DNA of 64,000 bases, taken from assembly GCF_964194025.1 (NCBI RefSeq), contig NC_134477.1, positions 14,570,001 through 14,634,000 on the forward strand. Direction: 5' to 3'. The notes below the pieces were generated by a model. It searched no databases and was not told the DNA's origin. It was given only the letters and a program-made list of their open reading frames with translations. Of this stretch, positions 1-12,312 are shown one piece after another. Source of the DNA: Convolutriloba macropyga (lineage: Eukaryota). Made by a program: the position numbers and the translations under genes. Position 1 is the stretch's first letter. Every line of letters begins with the position of its first letter.

Positions 1-329
1 CTGAAAATTAGTATCAAGAATTAGCAAACTACTTGCAAAATGAAAAATTTAAACACCAGCAGAAGTGAACAAAAGCAATCCTGCCATTATAACTTATCTT
101 AGTGATCTTATAATTAACGGTTCATCGCAATGTTGACCAGTTGGTTCAGTGGAGAGCAAAGGATTCCAACCAATTAAGAGATTATGGGGTCGCAACACAA
201 AAAGGTCCCAAATTTTACTCTTACAAAAATGGTGTTAACATAGAGTCCACATAACTAGCAAAGAGTTGCTCTAAAATGGTATGGGCCCAAAGAAGTAATT
301 GCTAGTAAATTGTTACCTGGCCAAATTTG

Positions 330-845
330 GAAATATCAAAATTTTGTTCAGCTAAAAGAAAAGTTACGAAGATAGTGATCAAACTGCCAAACAATGAAAT
401 CTTCTAAGAAAATGAAGTGGATGAGCTTCAAGATTTGCAGCATCCTATTAGACGAGAGAATAGCATGAGACCTTATTTGGGACAAAACAATCCCCACCCC
501 AGCACTCGGCGACAATGTATTAGCAGAGGACAGGCAAGAACATCGAGAATTGACTCAAGAAAAAGAAGCCGCGCTGGCTGAAAATAAAAAACGTAATAAC
601 CACATTTGGTGCTATTTGGCAGGGAAATTGGATTCCTGTAGCCTGATGTTGATCAGCCATGACTGCGTCAATGAAAAAAGCCTTGGAAATGGACAAAAAG
701 CCTGAAGATTTTTGAAGGAACGTTTTCAAAGCAAAGAGAAAACAACAGTAGTGAGTCTCTTACAACAATTGGCCAGATCTCCGCTGAAAGTTGACGAAGT
801 TCTACTCGGGTATTTCATCAGAGCCCAACGCTAATTCAGCAACTT
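330..845 (+). pseudogene. Ty1/copia gag fragment (degenerate)
   Basis: A frame from ~590 reads NNHIWCYLAGKLDSCSLMLISHDCVNEKSLGNGQKA*RFLKERFQSKEKTTVVSLLQQLAR...YFIRAQ, typical of copia Gag (UBN2-like), with stops and frameshifts. Confidence 0.7.
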
Positions 846-1204
846 GGTCTAGCATGTGACAAATTTCATAAACGTTATGGTTGATCCAACTACCTTGCAA
901 TCTATGTAGCGATCCTTTGACTCACGCGGGCACTTTTTACGTTATGTAAATGTCAATTACCATCTCTACTGTACTTCAGGATTGCGCCGCACCAGTTAAT
1001 TTACGTTTTTGCTCATCAATTTTCAACTACAGTCTTCTCTGAGGGGTTTTAATTACTTAATTAAACACTAAATGAATCAGCATGATGCCTAATGATTGAA
1101 CCAAACGTAGCAAAATCTTCTGGGGTACGCGCAGTAGACAGAGCTAACTATGCTAGAAGCCTAGTTAGCAGAAAAAGTGATAAAAAATCTTCATTCAAAA
1201 AAAT

Positions 1205-1620
1205 AGAAAAAATTTAAACCAGACCTTTTGAAAACATTTGGCTGTTTGATTTATGTGAAATGTGTAATATTGGGCTATGGCTACAATACCACCGCGTACT
1301 TGGTTCAAAACTTAGAAACCAGAAAAGTTATGGAAACCAGAAAAGTTATGAAACCTTACCGCTTATACAACGTCAACTTAGAGCTAAGAGTCGCTTAGAG
1401 CAGCCTCAAGATTTTAAAAAACGGGATCAGAATGATGTTAAATTTGTCTGTGAGTTCAACAAAAGAATCTATAGACCAAAAAAGGCGGCTGAAAATTAGT
1501 ATCAAGAATTAGCAAACTACTTGCAAAATGAAAAATTTGAACACCAGCAGAAGTGAACAAAAGCAATCCTGCCATTATAACTTATCTTAGTGATCTTATA
1601 ATTAACGGTTCATCGGCTCC
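1205..1620 (+). pseudogene. Scrambled copia pol fragments (integrase C-terminal and RT pieces)
   Basis: KPDLLKTFGC-like integrase tail followed by LEQPQDFKK...VCEFNKRIYRPK. Bases 1489-1614 repeat 1-125. Confidence 0.6.
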
Positions 1621-1849
1621 GAATGTTGTTATCACCTGATTCAAGATATAAGTAATCAGTTTAATCAAGAAATTTATTCCTATACTAGATTTTGATTTAT
1701 CTTTCCCTCAACAATAAAGAGCAATTTAAATTTAAAACAACTCATAAAGTTATTTCAGAGAATAATAAAATTTATCATTCGAAACTTGATTTAATTCATA
1801 CATCATTCTAAAACTTGCTTCTGAGGTTCAAAACCATCAGACTTAGTTC

Positions 1850-3300
1850 AAAAACCATCAGGTAAAAACGTAATGACGGGAAAATGGGTATACAAAATCA
1901 AAACAAATGAAAAGGCCGTGCTACTGAAAAGTATAAAGGACATTATGTTGCAAAAAGATTCAAGCACATCAAAAGTCTTTAATATTTCGATACAGTCGGA
2001 CCAACAAGCAAACCCAAATCATTTAGATTTTTGCTATCTCTAGCTGCTAAAGGAAACTTAGCGCTTAGACAATGTCAACTTAAATGCAACCAACAATTGA
2101 AGAAGAGGTATACCTAGAGCAGCCTCAAGGTTTTGAAAAACAAGATCAGATTGGTGTAAGAATTGTCTGTGAGCTCAACAAAAGAATCTACAGACCAAAA
2201 CAGGCGGCTGAAAATTAGTATCAAGAATTAGCAAACTACTTGCAAAATGACAATTTTGAACATTGTAAAAGTAAATGGAGGCAGAGAAAAGCAATATATA
2301 CTAAGCTGGTTAGGCGACTTAGTTATAGCAAACACAAGCGAAGAAGAAATTCAAAAACTTAAAATAGCATTAGAGAAAAATTTCGAAAAGGACAATCGTG
2401 GAGAACTTGAGTTGTTTTTAGGCACGAAATTGAAAATCATCAGACATATGTCAGTCTAGATAAAAGTACAATTGTTGATAGCATTGTGCAAAGCTTTAAA
2501 ATGAGTGATTGCACACCAGCAAAAACAACAGCAGACCTTAACATAAAGTTAGAAAAAGCTAAGCCCAAGTAAAGGAAAGCAAATGCCGCAATCATTAGAA
2601 ACCTAGTAAGGGCAATATTATTCTTAGCTCAGCAAACTAGACCTGATTTCATGTGGATAATCAATATTCTTTCACTTTTCATGAATGAACCTACAACTGA
2701 TCATTGGTCTGCCAGAAAGCGAGTGTTGAGATACTTCAAAAGTTTTCGAAGATTTTAAGTTCACTTTCACACGAGACAACGATTTCGAACTAATTGGAGA
2801 ATCACATGCAGATTAGAGCGCCGATGTCAACGATCAACGATCAGCTACTGGATACTATTTCAAGATTGGAAAATATAGTGCAGCAGTTAGTTGGACTGAA
2901 AACAGCAAACAGTTGTCATAACATCATGCGAGTCAGAGTATCAGGGATCAGCTGCAGATGTAAAAGAAGTCATAATCGCTCAAAGTTTTTAAAAAAGAGA
3001 TGGGAAACCCACAAAATGATCCTACTACGATTGGCGAAGATAATCAGAAAGCTATCGAATTAGCAACCAATGCAATTTTCCATAAACGATTGAAGTACAT
3101 CTTTATAAAGAATCACTTTATTCTTGACAACGTCGAAGATAAAGCTATTCAACTGCTGTATACGCCAACAAACACAATAGGAGTAAACATTCGACCCAAC
3201 TCGCTTCCTCATCCAAAAGTGGAGCTACACTCCAACACTTTTTTTGGACAAATCCAGATTACACACTACAAAACCAGGCATAATCTGCGTGGGGCATTCA
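1850..3300 (+). pseudogene. Ty1/copia reverse transcriptase-RNase H, degenerate copy A
   Basis: GKWVYKIK, EEVYLEQPQGF, VCELNKRIYRPKQAA, RPDFMW, DQRSATGY, ESEYQG and IGEDNQKAIELATNAIFHKRLKYI...HFI motifs, with multiple stops and frameshifts. Confidence 0.9.
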
Positions 3301-3353
3301 AACCTGAACACGAATATCTTGATATTGGAACAAAAAATACTTATAATCTCAAA

Positions 3354-3553
3354 NNNNNNNNNNNNNNNNNNNNNNNNNNNNNNNNNNNNNNNNNNNNNNN
3401 NNNNNNNNNNNNNNNNNNNNNNNNNNNNNNNNNNNNNNNNNNNNNNNNNNNNNNNNNNNNNNNNNNNNNNNNNNNNNNNNNNNNNNNNNNNNNNNNNNNN
3501 NNNNNNNNNNNNNNNNNNNNNNNNNNNNNNNNNNNNNNNNNNNNNNNNNNNNN
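3354..3553. other. Assembly gap (N run)
   Basis: Run of N bases. Confidence 1.
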
Positions 3554-4899
3554 CTTTCACTCACCACATAAATCGCAAATTAAATTTAATGCAACTCATA
3601 AAATTGTTTCAGAGACTCATAAACATTTGTCATTCGAAATTTGATTTAATTGTTACATCATTCTAAAAAATCTAAAACTTGCTTCTCAGCTCATTCTGAA
3701 GTTCAGTTGGTGATGCCTGCAAACCAAGCATTAATTTGCTATCAAAAACCAAATCTGTGAAGAAAACCGGGTTTGGTGTCAACTGCTGTCACCCAGATAT
3801 TCACTAATGTTCCACTGAATGACGGTGGTGGTGGTCCAAGGATGTTACATCACCAATTTACATTATACACACAAAATTCGGATATATTTTGTTTCGCCCA
3901 ACCCCCCCCCAGTATTTTTTTGTGACCCTCAGTAAAAAACTATATGTTGTTATTATATGCACGTTGATCATCGTGAGCCTGGGGGTCATACAAGACTTAT
4001 GCTCACTAAGCTGGGGTGGGGAAGAGAATAAATCCCAAAGTGCACTAGTTTAAATACTCAGTGACACTAGTTACACAATAGAGGGATGACAGTGGTACAT
4101 TAGTGTGACGTTCATGGATATTTTGAAAAAGTGTTTTAAGTACCCCATACTCAAATAACGCGCCAATTAGACCCTAAATGCTATTAAAAGATTGATAACA
4201 TTATTTCAAAGTTCAGGTTTAATGATTGAAGTAATGGTTTAATGTTATGAGCGTTGATTTGTCAAAGGGTGCCTTGAAATAAAACTTCAATACTGAACTA
4301 TTACTTTTAAGAAAGAAAGAAAACATAGCATTTTCAGAACACTTTAGTTATCATATAACAACCACACAACGAGGTTGGAGTAGGCGACCTCGTTCTAAAA
4401 CAAGGATGAAGTAAACGACTTTTTTAATGGACTCAGACCCATAGGAAACAAAATAAAATAGTATCAGGAATCAAGACAAGTTGAACTACCGGAGAAAGCT
4501 GAAGAAATAGGACAGGCTCAAGAAGCAGAGCAAGGTATAGAAAGCTCAGAGTCCAGCTCAATAGAGTCTAGTGAGTTAACCGGAGTAAATGGAGGCGAAA
4601 GTGAAACACTATCACCGAGCCAAAAATTAAAGCTCCAAAAGTACAACAAGTTATGCGTCCAAAACTGGTTCTGAACAAAGAAGTTAGAATAATATCCATG
4701 AATCCAGCTTCTAGTGAAGAAATAGAGGAAACTCCAGCTGTACCAAAAATGAAATAATTAGACAGTCTTCAAAATTTATGCTTCCTAGCTCAGACGATAC
4801 AGCAGTTAAACGCTTGATTAAGTGTGATGAAATGAAAGAAGAGAGAAAACAAAACAAGCAAGAGAAAAAAGAGCTTAAGTAAAGTGACAGAAATAGAAA

Positions 4900-6181
4900 G
4901 TTACCAGAACGTTATGGTCAATGATTTACACATTCTGCACAATGCTATTTGTGCTTAATGGAACCAAGAATTTACAGAGGGAAGTGCTATTGAATCAGAA
5001 GAAAAAAAAATATTGGAAGAAACAATGCAATAAGATCATAATTAATTGATTGATTCAAACACTTGGGACTTAGTTCACAAACCAGCAGGTCAAAACGTAA
5101 TGCCAGGAAAATGGGTACACAAAATCAAAACAAAAGAAAAAAACCGTGCTATTGAAAAATATAAAGGACATTATGTTGCAAAAGGATTCAAGCAAATGGA
5201 GGGTCTTTAATATTTTGATACATTCGCACCAACAAGCGAACCCAAATTATTGCAATTTTTGCTAGCTCTAGCTGCTAAACGAAACTTACCGCTTAGACAA
5301 CGTCAACTTAGAGCTAAGAGTCGCTTAGAGCAGCCTCAAGGTTTTGAAAAACGGGATCAGAATGGTGTTAAAATTGTCTGTGAGCTCAGCAAAAGAATCT
5401 ATAGACCAAAACAGGCGGCTGAAAATTAGTATCAAGAATTAGCAAACTACTTGCAAAATGAAAAATTTGAACAATGTAAAAGTAACTGAAGGCAACGAAA
5501 AGCTATATATACTAAGCTGGTTAGGCGACTTAGTTATAGCAAACACAAGCGAAGCAGAAATTCAAAAACTTAAAATAGCAATAGAAAAAAATTTCAAAAT
5601 GGTCGATCAAGTTTTCGAAGATTTTAAGTTCGCTTTCCCACGAGACAACGATTTCGAACCAATCAGATAATCACATGCAGATTAGAGCGGCGACGTCAGC
5701 GATCGACGATCAGCAACTGGATACTATTTCAAACTTGGAAATTATAGTACAGCAGTTAGTTGGACTGAAAACAGCAAACAGTTGTCTTATCATTATGCGA
5801 GTCAGAGTATCAGGGATCAGCTGCAGAAGCACAAGAAGTCATATTTGTTCGAAGTCTTTTAAAGGAGATGGGACGCCCACAAATCGATCCTACTACGATT
5901 GGCGAAGATAATCAGAAAGCTATCGAATTAGCAGCAATTTGAATTTTCCAAAAAAGAGCGAAAGACATCAATACAAAAATCATTTTATCCTTGACAAAGT
6001 TGAAGTTAAAACTATTCAACTGCTCTATACGCCAACAAACGAAATGGGAGCAAATATTCGAACCAGATCGCTTCCTCAACCAAAAGTGGAGCGACACTCC
6101 AACACTCTTTTTGGACAAATCCATATTACACACTACAAAACCAGGCATAGTCTGAGTGGAGTATTCAAAAATAAACCCGAA
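4900..6181 (+). pseudogene. Ty1/copia RT-RNase H, degenerate copy B (internal deletion relative to copy A)
   Basis: LPERYG, NTWDLVHKPAGQNVMPGKWVHKIK, VAKGFKQMEG, TFAPTS, IGEDNQKAIELA, HFILDKV motifs, and a PPT-like ctgagtggag near 6152. Confidence 0.9.
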
Positions 6182-6341
6182 NNNNNNNNNNNNNNNNNNN
6201 NNNNNNNNNNNNNNNNNNNNNNNNNNNNNNNNNNNNNNNNNNNNNNNNNNNNNNNNNNNNNNNNNNNNNNNNNNNNNNNNNNNNNNNNNNNNNNNNNNNN
6301 NNNNNNNNNNNNNNNNNNNNNNNNNNNNNNNNNNNNNNNNN
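6182..6341. other. Assembly gap (N run)
   Basis: Run of N bases. Confidence 1.
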
Positions 6342-8743
6342 ACCCGTGGTAATCCGTTTATTACAAAAAGTTCGCGAACACCTAGATGATGTCATATTGA
6401 AAAGTAGAAAGTTTTGTTCCTATTTCATTCTAAAGAAGTCATAAAAATTCAGCACGTGAGCGAACGTTAGCATATTGCGAGATGCCCATGCCTTAAGTTA
6501 TAATTTATGCGAAAAAGCTGTGCACATATTGACATCTTTTAGATTTCAAAAGGTAACTGTAAATATGACACAAAAAGCCCTTGAGAAAAAATTAAAAGGT
6601 TAAATTTTTTTTATTAATTGAAATGCTTAAGAATTTTAGCCGACAAAAGCAATCCTGCCATTTATAGCTAACCTTAGTGCTCTTATAATTAACTGTTCAT
6701 CTGCTCCAAATGTTATTATCACCTGATTCAAAGTATAAGTAATCAGTTTAACCTAGAATTTTTTTCCTATAGTAGAATTTGACTTATCTTTCACTCACCA
6801 CATAAATCGCAAATTAAATTTAATGCAACTCATAAAATTGTTTCAGAGACTCATAAACATTTGTCATTCGAAATTTGATTGAATTGTTACATCATTCTAA
6901 AAAATCTAAAACTTGCTTCTCGGCTCATTCTGAAGTTCAGTTGGTGATGCCTGCAAACCAAGCATTAATTTGCTATCAAAAACCAAATCTGTGAAGAAAA
7001 CCGGGTTTGGTGTCAACTGCTGTCACCCAGATATTCACTAATGCTCCACTGAAAGACGGTGGTGGTGGTTGAAGAATGCTACATCACCGTTTTATAGTAT
7101 ACATACAAAGTTCGGATCTATTTTGTTTCGCCCAACCCCCCCCCCCCCCCCCCCCCCAGTGTTTTGACCTTCAGTTACAAATTAAATGTTGTTATTATAT
7201 GCACGTTACTATGTAAGAAAATAGCACGTGCGCCTGGTGGTCATACAAGATTTTTGCTCACTAAGCTGGGGGGGGGGGAACAGAATAGATCCCAAAGTGC
7301 ACTAGTGGAAATACTCTGTGACACTAGTTACACAATAGAGGGACGATAGTGGTACATTAGAGCGACGTTCATGGGTACTTTGAAAAAGAGTTTTAAGTAC
7401 CCCATACTCAAATAAAGCGCCAATTAGACCATAAATGCTATTAAAAAATCGATAACATTATTTCAACGTTCAGGTTTAATGGTTGAGAATCATGGTTCCA
7501 TGTTATGAGCGTTGACCTGTCAAAGGGTGCTTTAAAAAAAGTTCAAAACTCAACTGTTATTTTTGAGAAAGAAAGAAAACATAGCATTTTCAGAACACCT
7601 TAGTTTTCATATAACAACCACACAACCTGCTAAAACAGAATTGTTGACAAGTTTGTAGAAAAATTAATTTCAGAACCTTTTCGCTCATTTCCTGTGAAAA
7701 TAATTAAAAAGTTTAAATATTTTACTAAGCAAGTTTTTTGATGACTAACACTTCCACTTCTTATGCAATTGAAAGCTTTACTGTCAGTTATGGTTTATTT
7801 TGCAACAATATTTGACTAGCTGTAACACTTTTTTTGGCTAAATTCGTACGAAATTCAAAATCAGTCGAACTTTTTTCTCGCAGGATATACTAAAATTTCC
7901 GATAACAAAATTTTCAATGCAATTGTGACTTTGATTATTAGTTCCCACTAGGTCAGCTTCATAATTATATATGTTTTTATATATACACCGTGACCGTGAC
8001 CTGATCTAGCGAAGAAGCTACAAAAATTCAAAGGCACTAAGCTTTCACCAAAATGACGAAATTTATTCAGGTTCTGAATCTCAGTTTTTCATAAACTGTA
8101 CATTCAAAGTTACTGCAGGCAAAACATTATTTATTCAAAATATCCGCAGCATTTTTCGTGGAGCAATTTTGCTGATTAACGACTATCTGAAAAAGCAGGG
8201 CCGTATTCCTCTTCCCCATTTGAATCATTTTATCATTCCTGAAAACAGGCACTTTAAGGCTGAAAAATCACTCACAAGCAAGTTTTTGATCAATGACAAC
8301 GTTACCATAGCCCCTAAGTGATACATTATAGGCCTTTTCCTGGAACAAAAATTGGTTTCACTAAATCGACAACTGAATAGATTGACTTTTAAATCTGTGA
8401 ATTTTTATGTCGTGAGTGACATTTCAATTAGCACTAGTGAATATTAAATATAGTTTAGAGGAATAATAATGCATCACTATTGTAGAGTAATGAACACCCA
8501 ATCCGGAACGCTCAGAAACAATGATGACCATAGCTGTACTGCTTATGTTATGGTCACATTTTTTGAAGACTAAAATTGAATACACGGCAGTAAATATTTT
8601 TTTTTGCAAATTATGCAAGTAGTTTTTACACAAAAGAAACCTTAGTGCTAGTTTGCGAGGTGCACGAAAGAGAAAAAATTTGACGGTGGAATGCTTGTCT
8701 TGCCAAATGTTTGCTTACATAAGTAGTAAGACCAAATTCACGG

Positions 8744-8832
8744 TTTGTAACGGGGGAGGGACGTCCCCCCCGTGACGATCCGTGTACACGCTTTGTAACG
8801 GGTGGGGACGTCCCCCCCGTGACGATCCGTGA
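8744..8832 (+). repeat. Two 48-bp GC-rich hairpin units at the Maverick terminus (mirrored at ~23178-23272)
   Basis: tttgtaacggg..ggggacgtccccccgtgacgatccgtg twice. Each unit is self-complementary around GGGACGTCCC. Confidence 0.85.
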
Positions 8833-8849
8833 GGTACATTTTTGAGGTC

Positions 8850-9140
8850 GAAAAACTTTGTCTCTCAATTTTGGCAGAGGGACAAAAACTTGTAAAAATT
8901 TCTCGATTTATGCCGGGGACAAAAAATTTGAAACTTTCTCAAATTTATGGGGGACAAAAACTTGTAAAATTTTTGTCAATTTTGTGCGGTGAGAAAAACT
9001 TGTGAAATTTTTGCCAATTTTGTTTGGTGGGTAAAAACGTAGGATATTTCCAGCTATTTTGTGCGAGGGATAAAAACTTGTAAAAATTTCACAGTTTTGT
9101 GGAATTAATGAAAAACTTGAAAAAATTTTGCAATTTCTTG
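8850..9140 (+). repeat. Subterminal ~35-40 bp tandem repeats of Maverick TIR
   Basis: About 8 degenerate units of ggacaaaaacttgtaaaaatttct..aattttg, mirrored at ~22870-23160. Confidence 0.85.
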
Positions 9141-10337
9141 GGGTCCATTAAGTTGATTTTAAAGTTTAAAAACTCTTAAACCTTTTTTTAGTCAAACAGA
9201 CTGTTTATGGGTTTTTGAAAAACATATAACTGACTTACCTTTTCTTTATTTCGATCTCCTGATAAGTTTTATGTCTACATTCTATAAGTTTCATGTCATA
9301 TATCTACATTTAAACCAAAATGGAGTCAAATCTTGCTGGTTTTGATCCAACATCTGGTTTTAATTTGATAGTTTTATTGACCATATGTTATCCCAGATTA
9401 GGGAGTGTGGGCAGATTAGAAAACCAATAAAACTTAAGTGCCAGGGCTCCAAATTGAGAATTTTTGTGTCTGGTAAGTTTGCGGCGTCAGAGGTGAAAAG
9501 AGTGCAACTTTGCAGAGAATAAGGAAGAAATATACGTATGAAACGGACAAAGTAAATGCTCAAAACTATGAGAAACGTTCCGAAAAAGTACTCAAAAAAT
9601 GTTTGAAAATTTGCGGTAAAGCAATTCATCTACCACGTTTAAATGACGGGAGAGTTAGAAATCGAGCAAAAAATTGTGTAATTTTAGAGTAAAAATTGAT
9701 GTTTTGGACAATTTTATGCAAAAAACTTCCACAAAAAGCGATTCCACTATGCACAAATTGTTTTGCAATGTGAATGACAACAGGTGCAGACCGGTAAATT
9801 GTGTAACACAAGGTGTTTGAGGGATAATGCAAATGTGATCACGCAAAATAGTGTAAAACTTGGTGAAATTATAAAAACGACGAACTTTTAACTGAAAAAA
9901 CTGATGTCCGACTGAACTTTACTGGGTAACTTAGGCGAAATGATAGTATGAGCAGTGTATTTCCCTTATATACTTAAGAAAACTAACTTCTTTTTTTGTG
10001 AAGGAAATTCTGTATTTTTTTTCTTACTTTAATAAACAATCTTCGCTTTTTCTTTTTTGTTCTCTTATTAGTTTCATAGCACTAACAATAACTATAGCTG
10101 TATGTCTATAATGTTCATCTATTTTTATCGAATCTGGACTTGTTTTGCCGACCTCTGATTTGTTGAGAGCTGACTGAAGATTAATTTTAAACTTTGTTTT
10201 TGATTTTGTGCATATGATAAAGTTTGTTTTGATTTTTTTTTGTTTCGCAAGTTTTGGTCTCGGCGTTTGTGATTGGTTGGCCGAGTTTTAGGAGTTGTTA
10301 TGTCTACTACATGTGCCAACATGTGTCTTTCAATTAC

Positions 10338-10588
10338 ATAAGCAATTGAGTGTGCTCGTCTCCGACTCTCTGAATGGCCAGTCGAGTTTCAGTTTTATTA
10401 CTCTCTCGCACATGTTTGAACAAGTGTTGTTTTATTGTCAAGGACAAGGTGTGGTCTCCTTTATTACCATAAGCAATTCAGTGTGCTCGTCTCCGACTCT
10501 CTGATTGGTCAGTCGAGTTTGAATTTTATTACTGTCTCGCACATGTTTGAACAAGTGTTGATTTATTGTCAAAGACAAGGTGTGGTCA
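10338..10588 (+). repeat. 131-bp tandem duplication with ATTGG (CCAAT) motif inside the arm
   Basis: gtgtgctcgtctccgactctctga at 10350 and 10481; cacatgtttgaacaagtgttg...gacaaggtgtggtc repeated. Confidence 0.8.
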
Positions 10589-10874
10589 CAAGTTTGAGTT
10601 TGTGTTTAAAAAGAAAGTAGTATTTTGTCGTTTCAAGATTACTTTGGTTTCTATCACGATATAGCGCGTTCAATAGAATGTGCATAGTCTTTACTGTGTA
10701 TAAATTAAAAGTGCAGTGAAAGCATGAAATTCAATATAAAGTAGAACACTGCGCTTTGAGACGAAAAATGGAAAGAAATGTTAGGCTATATAACACGGAA
10801 CAATCAATACCAACAAAATAAATTTCACCTTAGAAGATCTCAGAAACAAAAGAAACAATGTCTTTAATTGAGTA

Positions 10875-11450
10875 TTAGAAGTTAATATCAAGTTTTCGTT
10901 TTTTTGGAGCAAAGCAAAGGATCACTGGTGGCGTCTCAAGACTGCTGCTGGCAATTATGGAAACTTCCGCTACCTTGGGAGTTGAGGGAGTTGACGTTGA
11001 GATTGGTAGGGGAGAATTTGACCGAGTTGTAATATCTGGACTTTGGGGGCTATTTAGAATCAGCCAAAAACTGTCGATAATTTCCAGGTCCCTCCAATAG
11101 CCCTCGTGATTTTCGTATAGAGAAATCTCTTTGATATCATAGTTGTAAAGAATTTCCCTAACATTTTCATATATCGTCTCTGGATTGAAAACAAATTCTC
11201 TTACGTAACCGCTAACATGATCGATCGTGTGCTGTGCTCCTTTCATCAGCGCCTTTTCAAATCTGAATGACTGAATGTAGTCGAAAATTACCATTGGTAG
11301 TGCCATGTGGTTAATTGTAATCCACTCATTGTCCCGCAACTCTTGTTTAACAATAACGACTTTCTGTTTTTTGTAAGTTTCATATGCTATTGTTCTCAAA
11401 TCGGGATTGGCCTCTTCTTTCAGATTAATTGCCACCGGAGACATGCTCAA
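10875..11450 (-). CDS. Maverick arm-encoded protein of unknown function (191 aa), S/T-P-rich tail and C-terminal PKKRKLDINF (NLS/cyclin-docking-like)
   Basis: Intact ATG-to-stop ORF, with a mirrored copy in the right arm. Confidence 0.7.
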   Translation of the reverse strand: MSMSPVAINLKEEANPDLRTIAYETYKKQKVVIVKQELRDNEWITINHMALPMVIFDYIQSFRFEKALMKGAQHTIDHVSGYVREFVFNPETIYENVREILYNYDIKEISLYENHEGYWRDLEIIDSFWLILNSPQSPDITTRSNSPLPISTSTPSTPKVAEVSIIASSSLETPPVILCFAPKKRKLDINF

Positions 11451-11804
11451 ACTTTGAAGACACTGTTGCAGTTAATGATTTGTTGTGGTAGTCAGGTCGT
11501 GAAAACTTTTGGTCAGCTTTTCTAAATAATCGAAAGATAAATCAATTCGTTCTAAAACTTAAGAATTTTGTATCAATCTCGTTTCCAGAATAATTAGATT
11601 GTTATCAATAGTGGAGAAAGACAAAAAGAAATGAAGAAAGACTGTTAAAAGAGTTTGAAAACATTTTTAAAATTGTTGTAGAGTAAAGATTTGGACTTTG
11701 TGAGCAACCAAACAGTATGCAAGAATTGAAAGAAAGTAATTATTTGTGTTAAATTGTTTTTGCTACATGTTTAGGCGTGTTGCTTCTAAGAACAGCTCAA
11801 AAAC

Positions 11805-12021
11805 ATACTTGTCACGTAGAGCATAATAGTTGGATATATTTGGTTTTTATCTTAGCCAATCAGAAAACAGCAATAACTATACTTGTAACGTAGAGCATAA
11901 AAGTTGGGTACATTTGGTTTTTATCTTAGCCAATTAGAAAACAGCAATAACTATACTTGTCACGTAGAGCAAAATAGTTGGATATATTTGGTTTTTATCT
12001 TAGCCAATCAAAATACAGCAA
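11805..12021 (+). promoter_or_regulatory. Three 74-bp tandem repeats, each with a CCAAT box and an ACGT core (putative viral enhancer/promoter)
   Basis: atacttgtcacgtagagc...tcttagccaatcagaaaacagcaataact at 11805, 11879 and 11953, lying between divergent ORFs. The repeat is certain; the regulatory role is inferred. Confidence 0.6.
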
Positions 12022-12312
12022 ATTTAGAAATTTAACCTTAGGTCTGGTAAGGCGAAAGGAGAGTGCCTACAGACAGTATGCGAATGCGTTATTCTATGTC
12101 TTATCATAACCAATTGGAGAATTCAAGGACAAACAAAAACAACATGCAGTTAGCATTGCGGTTATTGATTCTTAGTGGTTAAAATTATAAAATTCAAAAC
12201 CCGATAAGTTAGTCTGTTGCTATTATTAGAATGACAGAATCTTATTCACTCGTTGTCTAATGATTGTTAATAATAAATGGTTTAGACTCTTCAGAGAAAA
12301 GCATTAAAAACT

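Larger units (their letters stand above)
3555..7626 (+). repeat. ~0.8 kb direct duplication (3555-4368 and 6788-7626)
   Basis: Near-identical sequence from ctttcactcaccacataaatcg to tcatataacaaccacacaac at both places. Each copy follows a copia copy and a gap. Confidence 0.9.
8722..11561 (+). repeat. Left inverted arm (TIR) of Maverick, ~2.84 kb
   Basis: Reverse complement of 20611-23294 throughout, with substitutions and a few indels. Similarity stops at ttctaaaactta (~11561). Confidence 0.93.

Noticed and set aside
905-1031. TGTAG...CTACA-bounded 127-bp segment as a solo LTR
   Set aside because: Flanks (atcta/gtctt) do not form a TSD and there is no second copy in the window.
3225-3666. 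ORFs spanning N runs (also 6156-6395)
   Set aside because: Artefacts of translating assembly gaps.
9319-9890. Possible second gene inside the Maverick arms (ORFs 9360-9629, 9510-9692 and mirrors 22290-22649)
   Set aside because: Short, broken frames on both strands with no motif. Recurrence is explained by the inverted repeat. A decayed or spliced gene cannot be excluded.
11805-12021. CRISPR-like array (also 49225-49349 and 55900-56525)
   Set aside because: Units are contiguous tandem repeats without unique spacers, there are no cas genes, and the context is eukaryotic.
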